Source: Gracilinanus agilis (taxonomy: Eukaryota). Taken from it: a DNA stretch of 63,886 nucleotides. The notes below the pieces were generated by a model. It was not told the DNA's origin. It was given only the letters and a program-made list of their open reading frames with translations, and ran no database searches. The translations under genes were made by a program, and so were the position numbers. Below are positions 23,030 to 35,370 of this stretch, in pieces (the stretch's first letter is position 1; every line of letters starts with the position of its first letter). The stretch covers positions 392,277,582-392,341,467 of the forward strand of contig NC_058133.1 in the NCBI RefSeq assembly GCF_016433145.1. Direction: 5' to 3'.

Positions 23030-23960
23030 CCTCAGGCATTCATCTTCTGAGACTGAAAAAATTAAGAAATAGTCTTCTCAACCCGAACACTTTATAACAG
23101 TAGACTAGAAGACTGACCTAGACACCATATGCTAGGACTTCAGCAGAGCATTTGGCAGACTCTTATTCCAAGCATGGTGCTCTTTTCACTACACCACAAA
23201 ATAAAGACAAAAGGTCTAGAACAAAGAAGGTGCTAGTTTTACTTCATTCCACTCTGGTCAGACTATCCTTAGAGTATTACATTCAATTATGAGGGCTACA
23301 TTTTAGCAAAGACCTTGACGAAATGGAGGGAGTCCAGGCCAAGCTTTTCTAGTATAGCTGGAAAGAGTAAAAAGTAAAGCATTGAAGGATAAGTTGAAGG
23401 AACTGGACATATTTAGCCTAGAGAAGATAAGACTAAGGGGAAGCTGAATGATAGCTGGTTTCAAATATTTGAAGGGCTGTCATGTGAAACACAGATTACA
23501 CATGTTCTCTTGGCTGTTCATTAGAAGGATAAATAAGCTGAAGCCTAAATATTTTGTCCCCATAATGAGAGACGGAATTCAGTGGAAAAGATTTTGATGC
23601 TGGGAAATATTGAAGGGAAAAGGAGAAGAAGATGACAGAGAATGAGATGGAGAGACAATGTCATGGAAGGAATGAACATGAGCCTTCAGGAGATAGTGGA
23701 GGACAAAAGGGCATGCATGGCATACTATCGTCCAATGGGTCATGAAGAGTTGGGCATTACTGAATGACTGAAACAACAACATATGGTCCCAGAGGGCTGC
23801 ATGAGGAACAGTGAATGGAAATCACAGAGAGGTTTATTTGTCTAAGCAAAAAAAAAATCCATCTCAAAAATTGACTTTCTAAAAGTAGAAATGGGCTACT
23901 TTGGTAATTTTCCATCTTTGAAAGTCTTAAGTTAGAGATCAGGAGATGAATTAACCAATA
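23030..23960 (+). mobile_element. L3/CR1 ORF2 3' fragments, interrupted by an RTE/BovB 3' end
   Basis: gacttcagcagagcatttggc (DFSRAFG, like RT motif LDFSKAFD). Also ggaactggacatatttagcctagagaagataagactaagggg...ttcaaatatttgaagggctgtcatgtg, typical of the CR1 ORF2 end. Confidence 0.75.
23535..23781 (+). mobile_element. RTE-BovB-like LINE 3' end
   Basis: agctgaagcctaaatattttgtccccataatgaga...ggaaaagattttgatgctgggaaatattgaaggg...gagaatgagatgg...atgggtcatgaagagttgggcattactgaatgactgaaacaacaaca follows the BovB/Bov-A 3' consensus. Confidence 0.8.
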
Positions 23961-25159
23961 AAAGTCATATATTAAGTGCTCTCTGAGGTCCCTTCCATCT
24001 CTGAAGTTCTTTGGTTTTGTTCACTAGTAAATCCACTTGTAGGTCCTGAGCTCTTGGCAGTGGGAAATGACATGCTTGCTGGCTGGTTTACCCACTATCT
24101 CCCAAATTCCAAAAATAATGCACCCGTGAAAAAGACCAAAAGACAACTTACATGAAAAATAGCATGAGAAACTTAATTTTTCATGTTACCTATGCAGCTC
24201 TTAAAAATGGGAATAAAACCACAAATATATGCTTGTTGAGATTCTCTGAGATTCTGTTATGAGAATAGTATGTGAAGATAACTTAGATCTCTGAGAGACA
24301 TATTTATGTCCTTGACTATTAGGGTGAAATCTTATCCTTGAACCCTTCACCTGTATACTTCAAAGGATAACTGTGAAATGATCTCACCCTTGAGAAAATA
24401 TTCTCTTTTTCCTTTTATATAAAATAGCCCTGATCAGCAGCTAATGTCTACCTTACATATACATTTTAAAGTCTGAGTGAAACAAGTCAGATACAATAAG
24501 GTATCCCCCCCCCCATGTGAGTAATTAAAATGCAGCATCTAGTAATAATGTGTTCAAGATATAATATCCTCAGCTTTTAAAATTGTCTACAATGTTATTA
24601 ATATTTGTTCTTCCATGGCATTCTCTGGCCAGTGATTGTAAAGCTGTTTAAATTAAGTAACCACTGAGTATCCCAAGGGTTGTCTCATTTCCCACATGAC
24701 TTAAGTGGGAGAAGGAAACAGCTTACTGTTGCAGTGAAAGAGAGAAAAAAGGTAACTCCATTGGTTCTAATCATTCTCTCCTCTGATCTTAAGGTCTTTC
24801 TCCATCTTGCAGAGCTGTTTCTAGGGACACTTGACCTATTTGTCTGTAACAGGCTACTTATTTCTTGGCTGCTGATGCTTTCTGAATAAAAGGGGCTATA
24901 AATGAGTTGTAAAATAATTTAAAATAACATAACTTGGTCCTCTGCATTGATCATTCAGTACAAAATGTGAACTGCCTCTTTTTTTTTTTTAAACATGGAC
25001 ACGTGTAAGGATCCTTTTTTAAAAAACTTAAACATAACTATGCCAAATTCTCTATACAATCTAACCTAATTTCTTTCTTTCTTTAGTTTTCTGGTCTGCC
25101 AGGACACTGAAAAAAGGTGGCAGGGGGATCTAAAGATGCATGCTGTGAGGACTTGGTAC

Positions 25160-25301
25160 CTGAGGATGTCTCTATGATATACTTGATTATCTCTTCTCCC
25201 GCTAAGCAGGTTATAAATAAAACAGCTTTGATGATTTGAGCTAAGCTGTTTTGATAAGAAGCAGTTCTGCACTGTGGAGATAGGTCTCCATTCTTCTCAA
25301 C
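25160..25301 (-). other. Candidate spliced exon (142 nt)
   Basis: Minus strand: acceptor cttttccttttccccag|GTT and donor CAG|gtacca. One frame is open (VEKNGDLSPQCRTASYQNSLAQIIKAVLFITCLAGEEIIKYIIETSS). Not recognised. Confidence 0.25.
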
Positions 25302-25484
25302 CTGGGGAAAAGGAAAAGTCCTTGACATTTATAGTTATTTGAGTTCAAAGTCAGAGATTTTCTGAATTAAAAAATAAAAAGTCATTAGCATCATATAGGA
25401 TGATGATTGTATGTGATCATTTTGCTATCCAGAACTCATTCTATAAATTCTTTTGAAAGAGATAATTGGACAGACATCATTTTT

Positions 25485-25676
25485 TTTAACAGATTTTTTT
25501 AAACCCTTGTACTTCGTTGTATTGTCTCATAGATGGAAGACTGGTAAGGGTGGGCAATGGGGGTCAAGTGACTTGCCCAGGGTCACACAGCTGGGAAGTG
25601 GCTGAGGCCGGGTTTGAACCTAGGACCTCCTGTCTCTAGGCCTGACTCTCACTCTACTGAGCTACCCAGCTGCCCC
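25485..25676 (-). mobile_element. Young SINE1_Mdo
   Basis: Near-consensus sequence. Perfect 14-bp TSD cagacatcattttt (25471-25484, 25677-25690). Confidence 0.95.
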
Positions 25677-26565
25677 CAGACATCATTTTTGACCTCTTGT
25701 TTTGCCTTGAAAATTCAGAACTAGTTAAGACAGTAGGAAGAGAATCTGGAAACCCAAGACTGCAGAATTTTGACCTTCTCTTCAGAAAATAGTGAACCTG
25801 GGAAAAAGCCCTAAGTAATTTTCCACCCACAGATTTTTTTTTCAGTCACCTTTCCCATAGCACTGTGGAGGAAATGAGGCCCAGCTTCACTTCTCTCCCC
25901 TAGGGCCTGGTGAGTTTCCCAGAGCCTAGCAATGGTCCCTCTGTGCCAGTCCCAAACAGCTTTCCATTCTATGGCACACACACAGTTCCCTCCGGCATAC
26001 AGCCCATGTGGCCTCAAGCTCAATTTACAGTTAGTTGCACTTGTCTAACAAAGTTGTGATGAAAGGAAACCCTTTCTTTCATTCTTTAGCCAAAGGGGAA
26101 AGGCATAATTTCTTTCTTTTGCTCTGAGATCTGCGATTAATCTCTGAGGACCACTTAATCCCAGACTCCAACCTTAGATCTCCATTTACTACCTGCATGG
26201 CCTCATGTCCATCATTTCATCTCTTTGGGGCTTCACTTTCCTGATCTATAAAATGATTGTCTGGAAGAGATGACCTTTTAAGGCCCTTTTCGAATCAAAA
26301 AATATGGTGATTCTATCACGTCCTATGTAAGTAGGTAGTGACCATAGCCAGTGTTCTGTTCGGTGAGCATTTTTCTTTATATTTATTGTTACTGGATGAC
26401 TTTGCTAGTTCCAATAGTGCTTTGCAATCCAACAATAGATCTTAGTCTGCCTTAACATAAATGCAAGCAAATCCTCCTGAGGATAAAGCTAAAAAGGCTA
26501 ATATTTTGGGAAAGAATAGACTCATGAAGAAAAATTCAGCAGTGCAAAAAATGAACATTCTATGC

Positions 26566-26758
26566 CAGTGGTTCCCTAAAGGTTTTTGGCCTACTGCCCC
26601 CTTTCCTGAAAAATATTACTTAGCCCCCTGGAAATTAATTTTTTTTAAATTTTAATAGCAATTAATAGGAAAGATAAATGTACCTGTGGCCATCACCTCC
26701 ATACCGTATCACTGCAGCAACCACCAGGGGGCGGTGGCACTCAATTTGGGAATCACTG
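26566..26758. mobile_element. hAT (Charlie-group) MITE, 193 bp
   Basis: Ends cagtggttccc and gggaatcactg. Perfect 8-bp TSD ttctatgc (26558-26565, 26759-26766). Confidence 0.93.
26721..26734 (+). promoter_or_regulatory. CTCF core motif inside the hAT MITE
   Basis: ccaccagggggcgg matches CCASYAGRKGGCR. Binding not shown. Confidence 0.5.
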
Positions 26759-28914
26759 TTCTATGCTATACAGAAGAGGCAGATGGAATATTAGAAGCAA
26801 CAAAGGAAGGACCTTGGTTCAAATCCTAGCTATTTACAACCTATGTGACATTAGACAAGTCATTTTTCTTTTGGGGACTCAGTTTCCATAACCATGAAGA
26901 AAAGTTTGAACTAGATAATCTCAGCCTCTTCCAGTCTGTAAGCTCCATAAATGTGTGCTATTTATAAGTTTTTCTAGAATTCCTCCCATTTCTGTCCCTT
27001 CTATCTATACACTATAAGTAAGTTCTATTTGCATGATATAAATTCACTGGAGAAGTTTATCTGCAATTCCTCAACAGCACGGTAATTCTGGCAACTTAGT
27101 GGCAATGATACATGATCTGACAGCAGTAGGAAATGCACCCAGAGTTCATTCCCTGCTCTGCTCTTGTTACCTGGACATATTTTAATCTCTTCTAGCCTCT
27201 GGTTCTATATATCCTAGGCTCATCTCCCCACCCTCATCATGCAAGTCCTGGGTGCTTAATGACAGTGCCAACAGCAATGGCATTCAGCCTCAAAGTTCAT
27301 GGGCAAATCAAAGTCCCCTTGGGGAACACCCCTGTCTGGGATATAGGTAGCAATTTAGGGAGCAGACAGGGTGTACTTTAAACAACAATAATCATCACTG
27401 CCCTGGAGGTTCTGAGGCTTTGGCCTTTTCTCCTTCCACTTGCCTTGTGCTTTATCTGCCCAGAGAATCGTGCATCCAGTTAAAGCAAGTTTTCTGTGTG
27501 CTCATAAAACTTCCTGCCTCAATATGAGAAAAGGCATAGTCGTCATAGGTGTTCAGAACATTTTGTATCCTTCAAGTATGAGAATTTATTTTCTCACTTC
27601 AAGGCCCAGGAGTCATGTTTGTATATTAACTTGATGACTTGTACACTTGTCTTACTGTATCTCCAGTTCAAATATTACTTGGGTTCCATTTACCTGGCCA
27701 AGAATACAAAAAAAAAATAGATAAATCAGAAGCTCCAGGGGACAGAAGTGAACTGATGCGTTATAGCTAAATACACAAACAACCCAACTAGCAGATGGTG
27801 ATCTAAGGTTATTTTACACATCCTCAGTGACTAGACCTGGGTAAAAATAACACTTATGCATCCCAAGCACTTTCCCCCAAATACCATCTAGAGGCCACAT
27901 GCAGCCAGTTCACATAATTTCATCTAAATTCCAGTTCAGTGTTAAAACTGAACTGTTTATTACAGTTCATTACAAAACAGAAATGGGCTTTTATTTGGGT
28001 ATCAAGTAAAAACCAACTAAATAAAAAGCCAACAGGGAAGATCCTTTGGTTGATTGTTCTTCTCTCTAGAAGATATTTAATAAATGTTGATTGAATTTAA
28101 TTGAATTCAGCCACATAATCTTTTCAGTTTGGTTCATGTCTCTGTGAAACTTCCTGTCTCAATTAGTTTGAATAGCATGGGGTTGTCATTATTTACTTGC
28201 AGAGAGACATTAATGTGCCATAGTTTTTCAGCATAGATGTATTTATTTTTTAGGTGCCAGTATATGATATACATATTGCACAGGCCATCAATAATCTGGG
28301 ACCCTGTCTCAATAACCTGGAAATCATCTTTTTAGAATCTGACTGAGATAGTGATGTTTTGGTAAAATGAATGACATGTGAAACAGTTAATACTGTTACC
28401 TAAGCATCACCTTTAGTAGAAATTTTCACATATTTAGGTAGGAGGATGCTAATTGAGTTGGAAAGCACTAATCAGAACCAGCAGAATTTCTGGGACACTG
28501 CACTTAGTCTATTAAATTAAAAAAAATCTCTAAATGTGCTGTGATATATGTGTATATATAACATAACCAATAATAAATGTCTTGTTTTTTGCAGTTTCTT
28601 ATAGCTTACAAAGGACTTCAGCATCCATTATCTTATTCTATCCTTACATCAACCCTATGAGATCAAGAATAAACCAGAAGCAAATATACAAAACTCTGGC
28701 TTAAGTTCAATCTCCCAGTTTCTCCAAAATTCAGATCTCTGTTTTTGTTTTTTTGTGTTTGTCTCTCCATAAAGTTTTCTCTGGGAATCTCATAATATAA
28801 TGTCTAGTGTGGGTAAAAGGGTCTCAGCTTCTATGCAAGCACTCATGGTAATAACCAATATTGGATAAACATCAGTCTTGATTTTACCCCACAGGAACAA
28901 TGCAGAAGAAAGGG

Positions 28915-29110
28915 CCAAGTCAACATGGTGTAGTGGAAAGAACACTGGGTTGGAAGTTGGAGGATCTGAGTTCAAAACCTTCCTTTACCATTTATTACAC
29001 ATGTGGCTCACTTGGTTGAGTTATTTAATCTTTGGTAGTCTTCAATTTCCTCTTCTATCAGGTGAAAGGTTTGGATTAAGAAGGCCAGATCTCTACATAA
29101 GCTTATGGTT
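28915..29110 (+). mobile_element. MIR/MIR3
   Basis: catggtgtagtggaaagaacactgggttggaag...gagttcaaa...cttcaatttcctcttctat. Confidence 0.7.
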
Positions 29111-29659
29111 TTATAAACATTATAAATCTAGTAAACAAGTCAACAAGCATTTTTAGGGCTCCTACAATGCTCTAGGCCATAAATAATTTATGTAAATTTG
29201 TAACCTCTTATATTCCAGTGAGCTGCAAGATATATAAAATCTTCCAGCACCATGGTATTAATTGTAGTATTTGAGCACTCCCAAAAGGACATGAACTCTG
29301 GTTGCTAGAGAAGCAACTCTTCCTATTTCATTACTCCTCCTTTTTCACAGGACCTTATGCATTCTTTCCCATTCATTGTGTCACTCTGTGATCCAAAGTT
29401 CCACAAAAAGAAAATGAGTTTGGAGTAGCTGGAGAGAAAACATCCCTCCCATTGGAATCTGCTCTGTCTAAATAAAACACATACAATGGCAGCAAAGGCA
29501 AAGTCTAGGCTTTTGTTCCTGAGTTACGAAGCTTTGTCCTTGGTGGCTTCTCAGTGCTTGAACCATGGCCCAGTTCTAAACACTTTTCCAGAGGGTTAGG
29601 GCTCAGAATTTCTCACCACCGAACCATAATATTTTCCTATCCTCAACAACCTTTTCTCA

Positions 29660-29940
29660 GTCATTTGAGTCTTGAGACTGCCTCTGTATCATCTGGGATC
29701 TAGAACTCAGGATTCAAGAACTCTCCCTAATGCAGATGACTAATCTCTCCTGGGGCTACATGGTTGATAGGTCCTGCTTCCACTGCCTCTCACTAATCCC
29801 TCTGGGGCTATATAGGTTAGAGCTACTTTAATCTCAAGGCTACCATTATTGGCTCTCAGGGGGAGAGTCTGTGCACATACAGAATTTGCTCTACCCTGCT
29901 TTCTCCTGACTAAGAACCAGGTCCACCATTAGAGCTCTAT
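29660..29940. mobile_element. Possible LTR-like fragment adjoining a CT-rich tract
   Basis: GC-richer segment with an internal repeat (ctctcctggggctacat / ccctctggggctatat). No TSD resolved. Confidence 0.25.
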
Positions 29941-29944
29941 ATGC

Positions 29945-30420
29945 TCAACTCTGTCTCTCTGTCTCTGTCTCTATTAGTTCCCTGCTTTAGCCTCCCTGGC
30001 TCTGTCTTTCTGTCTCTTTGTCCGTCTGTCTCTTCTCTCTCTCTGTCTCTGTCTCTGTCTCTTTCTGATTCTGTTTCTGTCTCTCTCTTTCTGTTTCTAT
30101 CTCTCACTCTTTCTCTTTCTCTTTTTGTCTCTCTGTCTCTGTCTTTCTGCCTCTCTCTTTCTTCCACCTCTCTGTCTTTCTCTATCCTTCTGTCTCTCCT
30201 TTCTCTCTGTCTCTCTCTCTTTCTGTCTCTGCCCTTCTCTCACTCTCTCTCTGTCTCTCTTTTTTGTCTCTCTGTTTCTCTCTTTTTGTCTGTCTGTCTC
30301 TGTCTTGTCTCTGTTCTTCCCCCTCTCACTCAATCCGACTTTCTCTATTTCTCTGTCTTTGCCTCTCTTTTTTTCCTGTCTTTGTCTCTGTCTGTCTCTG
30401 TATCTCTCCTAACCATCTCA
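29945..30420. repeat. ~480-bp CT/CTGT low-complexity polypyrimidine tract
   Basis: Seen directly. It generates the spurious SL-rich and ER-rich ORFs in the track. Confidence 0.95.
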
Positions 30421-30569
30421 ACTTTCTTTTAGAGACCCAACACATTCCAATCAATAGCTAATCCCCTATGACTTGTGCCTAATCTCTCATTCTCAATGAA
30501 GTAGAAATGGGTCTACAGACACTCAGGCAAAATTGTCCTCCTCTTCTGTCCAGGAGGTTGTTAATGGAA

Positions 30570-31295
30570 GATACCATAAAGGTTCCAGACTCTACTGAGC
30601 CACAAGATCCTCCTAAAAAATGATGGCATTGAGACTGAGGAAGCTTAAATGACCTGCCCAACATCATATACAGCAAATGGCTGAATGGGGATTCTAATGC
30701 TGGTTTTCTGAGACTAGTTTAAGTGCTCCTGAAACTACATCATGTTGCCCAGGTAGCACAAGAGATAGAACACTGAACCTGGAATCAGGAAGTACCGAGT
30801 TCTAAATCCGGCTGCAAATACTTCACTAGTTGTGTGACCATGAGCAATTGCTCAAACTCTTTTTGCCTTAATTTCCTCAACTGAAAAATATGGATAACAA
30901 TAGCACTTACCTCTCAGGGTTTTTGCGAAGATCAAATAAAATAATATTTACAATGCACTTTGCAAATTTTAAAGTTCTATATAAATGCTAGCTTTTATTG
31001 TTATTCATAATAATGATAAATTTGAAGTACAATACTTTAAGCTATTTAGAACAGTAATAAACTAACATTTATATCATGTTTTAAGGTTTGCAAAGTACAT
31101 TATGCATATTACGTCATTTGATCCTAATGACCCCTCTGATGTAGATGCTATTTTTATTCCCATTTTACAGAGGAAGAAATACAGGTAGATGGAGGCTAAA
31201 TAATTTGTCCAAGGGCATACAGTTATTAAGTATCCAGTGCTAGGTTTGAACTTAGATCTTTCCTGTTCTAAGTCTGGTCCTCTATCCACTTTTCC
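30570..31295. mobile_element. Cluster of three MIRs: ~30570-30740 (-), ~30745-31010 (+), ~31050-31295 (-)
   Basis: MIR core motifs (gagactgaggaagcttaaatgacc; ccttaatttcctcaactgaaaa; cccattttacagaggaagaaa). Confidence 0.75.
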
Positions 31296-31834
31296 ACCTT
31301 TGGTGGTCCAGAGGAATGCAATTAGAAGGAAGTTAGTTCATACAATCATAGGATTATTAAAGATTTTGTAAGGTATTTATTTATATGCAGACCTCTGTCA
31401 TTACATAGGGGCATACTTTAATCACAATTAGGCCAATCATCTTCCTGCAGCAATCATGGTCTTTAAGCTGGTCCAATTTCCTTGAGAAATATTCATTTAA
31501 GAAAGCTTTTCAGTTTCAGTGCCTCATCACATATGCATAACCCATCAAGTCAATGGATTTTGGCATTGGATTATAGCCATCTGCCATAGACCTCTTATGT
31601 GATTTCAGGTAAGCTGTGGTAAATATTATGTCTCAGTTTTTAGCCTGATTCCCTGAGACATGGACTTGATATTGACCCACTATTGCAGGATGGGAAACCT
31701 ACTGAAAGTTATGAAAATTGGTATTTCTTAACCTTTAGAAGACACAATGTGTTGCATAAAAATAGACATGGACATGAATCACACTGGTTGAAGATCATAG
31801 TGTCCCAGACCCATGGTTGGAAATGATGTTATTT

Positions 31835-32015
31835 TTTTTAAGCCCTTAACTTCTGTGTATTGGCTCCTTGGTAGAAGAGTGGTAAGGGTGGGCAATGGGG
31901 TTCAAGTGACTTGCCCAGGGTCACACAGCTGGGAAGTGTCTGAGGCCAGATTTGAACCTAGGACCTCCCATCTCTAGGCCTGACTCTCAATCCACTAAGC
32001 TACCCAGCTGCCCCC
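31835..32015 (-). mobile_element. Young SINE1_Mdo inserted in a MIR
   Basis: Perfect 16-bp TSD ggaaatgatgttattt (31819-31834, 32016-32031). Confidence 0.95.
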
Positions 32016-32554
32016 GGAAATGATGTTATTTAATCCAACTCTCTCATTCTACAGATGAGGAAACTGAGGCCCAAAGGGGAGAATTGACTTATCCAAGTTC
32101 ACATAGGAAGTAGCAGAACCAGAATTCAAACTCAATTTTTATGATTCCAAGTACAATGATGTGGTGCGATTTGTACCATTTAAGGGTGTCAAGAGGATAA
32201 TGTTGTATATAAAGCACTGAACTTGGAATCAGGATCTGAGACAATGAGATCACAGGTAAGTCATTTACCTTCTCAAAGTCTCAGTTTCTCATCTGTAAAA
32301 TGGAAATTAAATGTATTCAACAATATTCACACTTCCAACCTCAGGATTACTCAAATGAAAGCATACTTTGTCAACTCTAAAAATGAGTTACCCTTATTAT
32401 TACCTGAGATCATAGATCCATTGAAGTTTACCACTTTTAGGAGCAGTCAAGGGATTTTCCCTAATTGTTTCATTTTATAGATTTGAGATTTGGATGACAA
32501 TGATGGTTACTTTTTTGTCTCCTTGTGCTTCTGTAGATTAATGTCCATAAATTA

Positions 32555-33130
32555 TTCTTTTTTTTAATTTAGAGTATTTTTCCATGGTTATATGATTTAT
32601 GATCCCCCTCTTCCCTCCCCTCTCTGGGAGCTGATAAGCAGTTCCACTGGGTTATACATATAAAATTGATCAGAACCTATTTCCATGTTATTCATATTTG
32701 CAGTAGAATTTAATGCCCAAACTTCAATCATAATCCCAACAAACCACATGATGAACACGTTTTCATTTGCTTATTGATAGTTTTGCTTTCTTCATGTCCT
32801 TATTCATATCCCCTGACCATTTGTCAACTGGGGAATGGCTCGATTTTTTGTAAATTCGACTTAGTTCCTTATATATTTGGTAAATTAAAACTTTGTCAGG
32901 GAGTTATGTTATAAAAATATTTTCCCAGTTTGTTGCTTTCCTTCTAATTTTGGTTGGTTGCATTGGTTTTGCTTGTACAAACACTTTTTAATTTGATATA
33001 ATCGAAGTCATTCATTTTACCTTTTGTAATGTTCTCTTTTTTTTTTGGTCTTAAATTCCTTTCTTTCCCACAAATCAGACAGGTATACTATTCTATGTTC
33101 ACGTAATTTATTTCCATAAATTATTCTTGC
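32555..33130 (-). mobile_element. L1 fragments (3'UTR joined to an ORF2 segment)
   Basis: tttagagtatttttccatggttatatga..., then tttgtcaactggggaatggctc...aattttggttgg...caaatcagacaggtatactattc. Confidence 0.8.
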
Positions 33131-33544
33131 AAAAAGGAACCAAAAATTGAATAATGGTCCAATGTTTTTGTGATAACCTCAATGACAATGATGTTTTATC
33201 ACAAAAGTCTTATAAAATATAGGTGAAAAATAAATAAGGGCTTTAAGCCTATACACCTGTTATGAACACAAAAGGAAAACAATCAAGCTGAAGGAAGGAC
33301 TCAAAGTAGGCCATGCCCTTGCCTGAGAATATGCACCTCCTTATTCAAACAAACCAATGTTCTAACTGTTCCTTAAGGCTCCATAATAAAAAATGTACTG
33401 TACAGAATGATGTAAACCACAATAAAGATTTTATAATGTACTTTCTGTGGCTTGTCATCCTGTGCAATATATCTTCCTTGTGGGGAGGCCACAGACACTG
33501 GAGTAAAGGCCTAAGATAACAGGCAAAAAAAGATCCAATAGGAA

Positions 33545-33945
33545 AAGGGTGGATTAAATGAATCATGTTCGGAGGCATAAAGGCATTCTGGAGAATCCAA
33601 TAAGAGCTTAGTGGGTTAAAGGATAGCATGTCAGAATCATAAGGTACCTCCTTCAAGAATCCATTAGGAAAAGGATGAGTAGAATGAATCATGACATGTT
33701 AGAACTCTAAGGAACCTTGAAGAATCCTACTGGGGCACAGTGGGTTAAATGAATCGCCACAGCATGTCAGAATTCTAAGGGACATTCAAGAATACATTAG
33801 GGACATGTTGGATAAAATGAATCACAGCATGTTAGAATTCTAAGAAACCTCCAAGAATCTACTGGGAGAAGATGGGTAAAATGAATCAGCAAACTCAGTA
33901 GGGGCAGGGCAAGCTAAATGAATAATCATATGTCAGAATGTTAGA
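33545..33945 (+). repeat. Degenerate ~65-bp tandem array, 5 units plus a partial sixth
   Basis: The anchor agaat recurs at 33592, 33656, 33721, 33789 and 33854 (spacings 64, 65, 68, 65). Unit approximates gggttaaatgaatca-cagcatgttagaattctaagg-aacctt-caagaatc. Confidence 0.85.
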
Positions 33946-35259
33946 GGTCTCTTCATTTTACAGATAAGGAAACTGATATCCAAAGACCTGATATGTATTC
34001 CACTAGTCAAATTGTAAGTAGAAAGGATTCGTGGTCTAGAGAAAAGTACCATAGATTTGGAGCTTAAAGGCCTGGATTCATCTTGGCTAGGTCACTGTTT
34101 TCTGACTGATCTTGAACAAATCACTTTCTCTCTTCATATAGTCATAGATTTAGAGGTAGGAGAGATGTAAGAAGCCATCTCATTCACCCTCATTTTATAG
34201 TTAAAGAAATTGAGGTAGTCTAGGGTAGCATAAGTGATCAAATTTCCTCATCAGTAAAATGAAGAAATTAGATGAGATGATTTTTTTAAACATTCTGTTA
34301 CTCTCCCAATGACTCAAGATCATATAGCTAATTAATGACAGAGCAAGAACTGTGACATGGATCTTCTGAGTTGACTGGTGCATTGGGCTTCCCACTGTAA
34401 TATGCTATTTCCCCTCACTATCACATATGGAATTACTATTAGATTACAAACAATATAACAAAAAAACACTGCTTTCTCAATATTTTAATGACAACGGCTA
34501 ATACTCTAACGGGTTATTGGCAGTTGGCACTTCTGAGGAGCAGAAGCACCATCCCTCTAGTTCTCTTTGTACAGGTCAGTGCTGTCACTTAAAGGTATTT
34601 GCTTTTTTTTTATGCTGATGATAGTGATGCCAATAGCTATCAAGGCAAAGAAAAAGAGAACAAAGAATCTTGTTATGGTGGTTTCAAATATCACCAAAAT
34701 ATGTTAGTGGAATTATAGCTGTGAGCTAGCAGCTGCTGCTTAGACCATTCATCTGAAGTCAAGCATAATATTTATATAAAATAATAATGAGATGTACAAC
34801 AATGTATAATAATAAACTGTATTATAATAATTATAACTTCAATATTTGTTTATTTTTATGTTTTTATTGTTTTATTTATTTTTACAGGAATTATCAGAAT
34901 TGTTTTACTTTAAATATTCCTCACATTGTAAATGGAAGTAGAACTCAATCCTGTGGCATCTTACTCTGAGGATTATAGAGTAATGTTATCATAGAGTCAG
35001 AAGAACCATGGAAGTCTCTCTTAGACACTTGCTATCAGAAGGAGTCCCAAATACATAAACATAGTAAGGAGTCAAAATTCTCCTCTCACAGGTTCATGGG
35101 AGGGCCAGGAATCTATGGTCTCTCCTTCTCTAGATGAATTGGGATGTGGCCCCTCTTCCATGCTAAGGGGGAAGTCCTGGTGAACTAAGAGAAACTTATA
35201 GAGAGAGGGAGATGCTGCTATTGAACCTCCTAAGGAATATAGTCCTGACTAGGGAATAA

Positions 35260-35370
35260 CTAGGTTGAAAGAGGGGAATGCTATACCACTCTAGTAGCTT
35301 TGCCAAGAAAACTCCAAAAAGGGGTCATAAAGAGTCAGGCACAACTGAAAACAATTAAACAACAGATTGA
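35260..35370 (+). mobile_element. MAR1 3' tail
   Basis: gaggggaatgctataccactctagtagctttgccaagaaaactcc...gagtcaggcacaactgaaaacaatt. Confidence 0.7.

Noticed and set aside
27912-27955. 9-bp perfect hairpin cagttcagt/actgaactg
   Set aside because: Too short for a pre-miRNA and expected by chance in 64 kb.
29937-30461. Overlapping SL-rich and ER-rich ORFs (up to 163 aa)
   Set aside because: Translation artefacts of the CT/GA low-complexity tract.
33545-33945. CRISPR-like repeat-spacer array
   Set aside because: Mammalian context, units degenerate along their whole length, no unique spacers and no cas genes.
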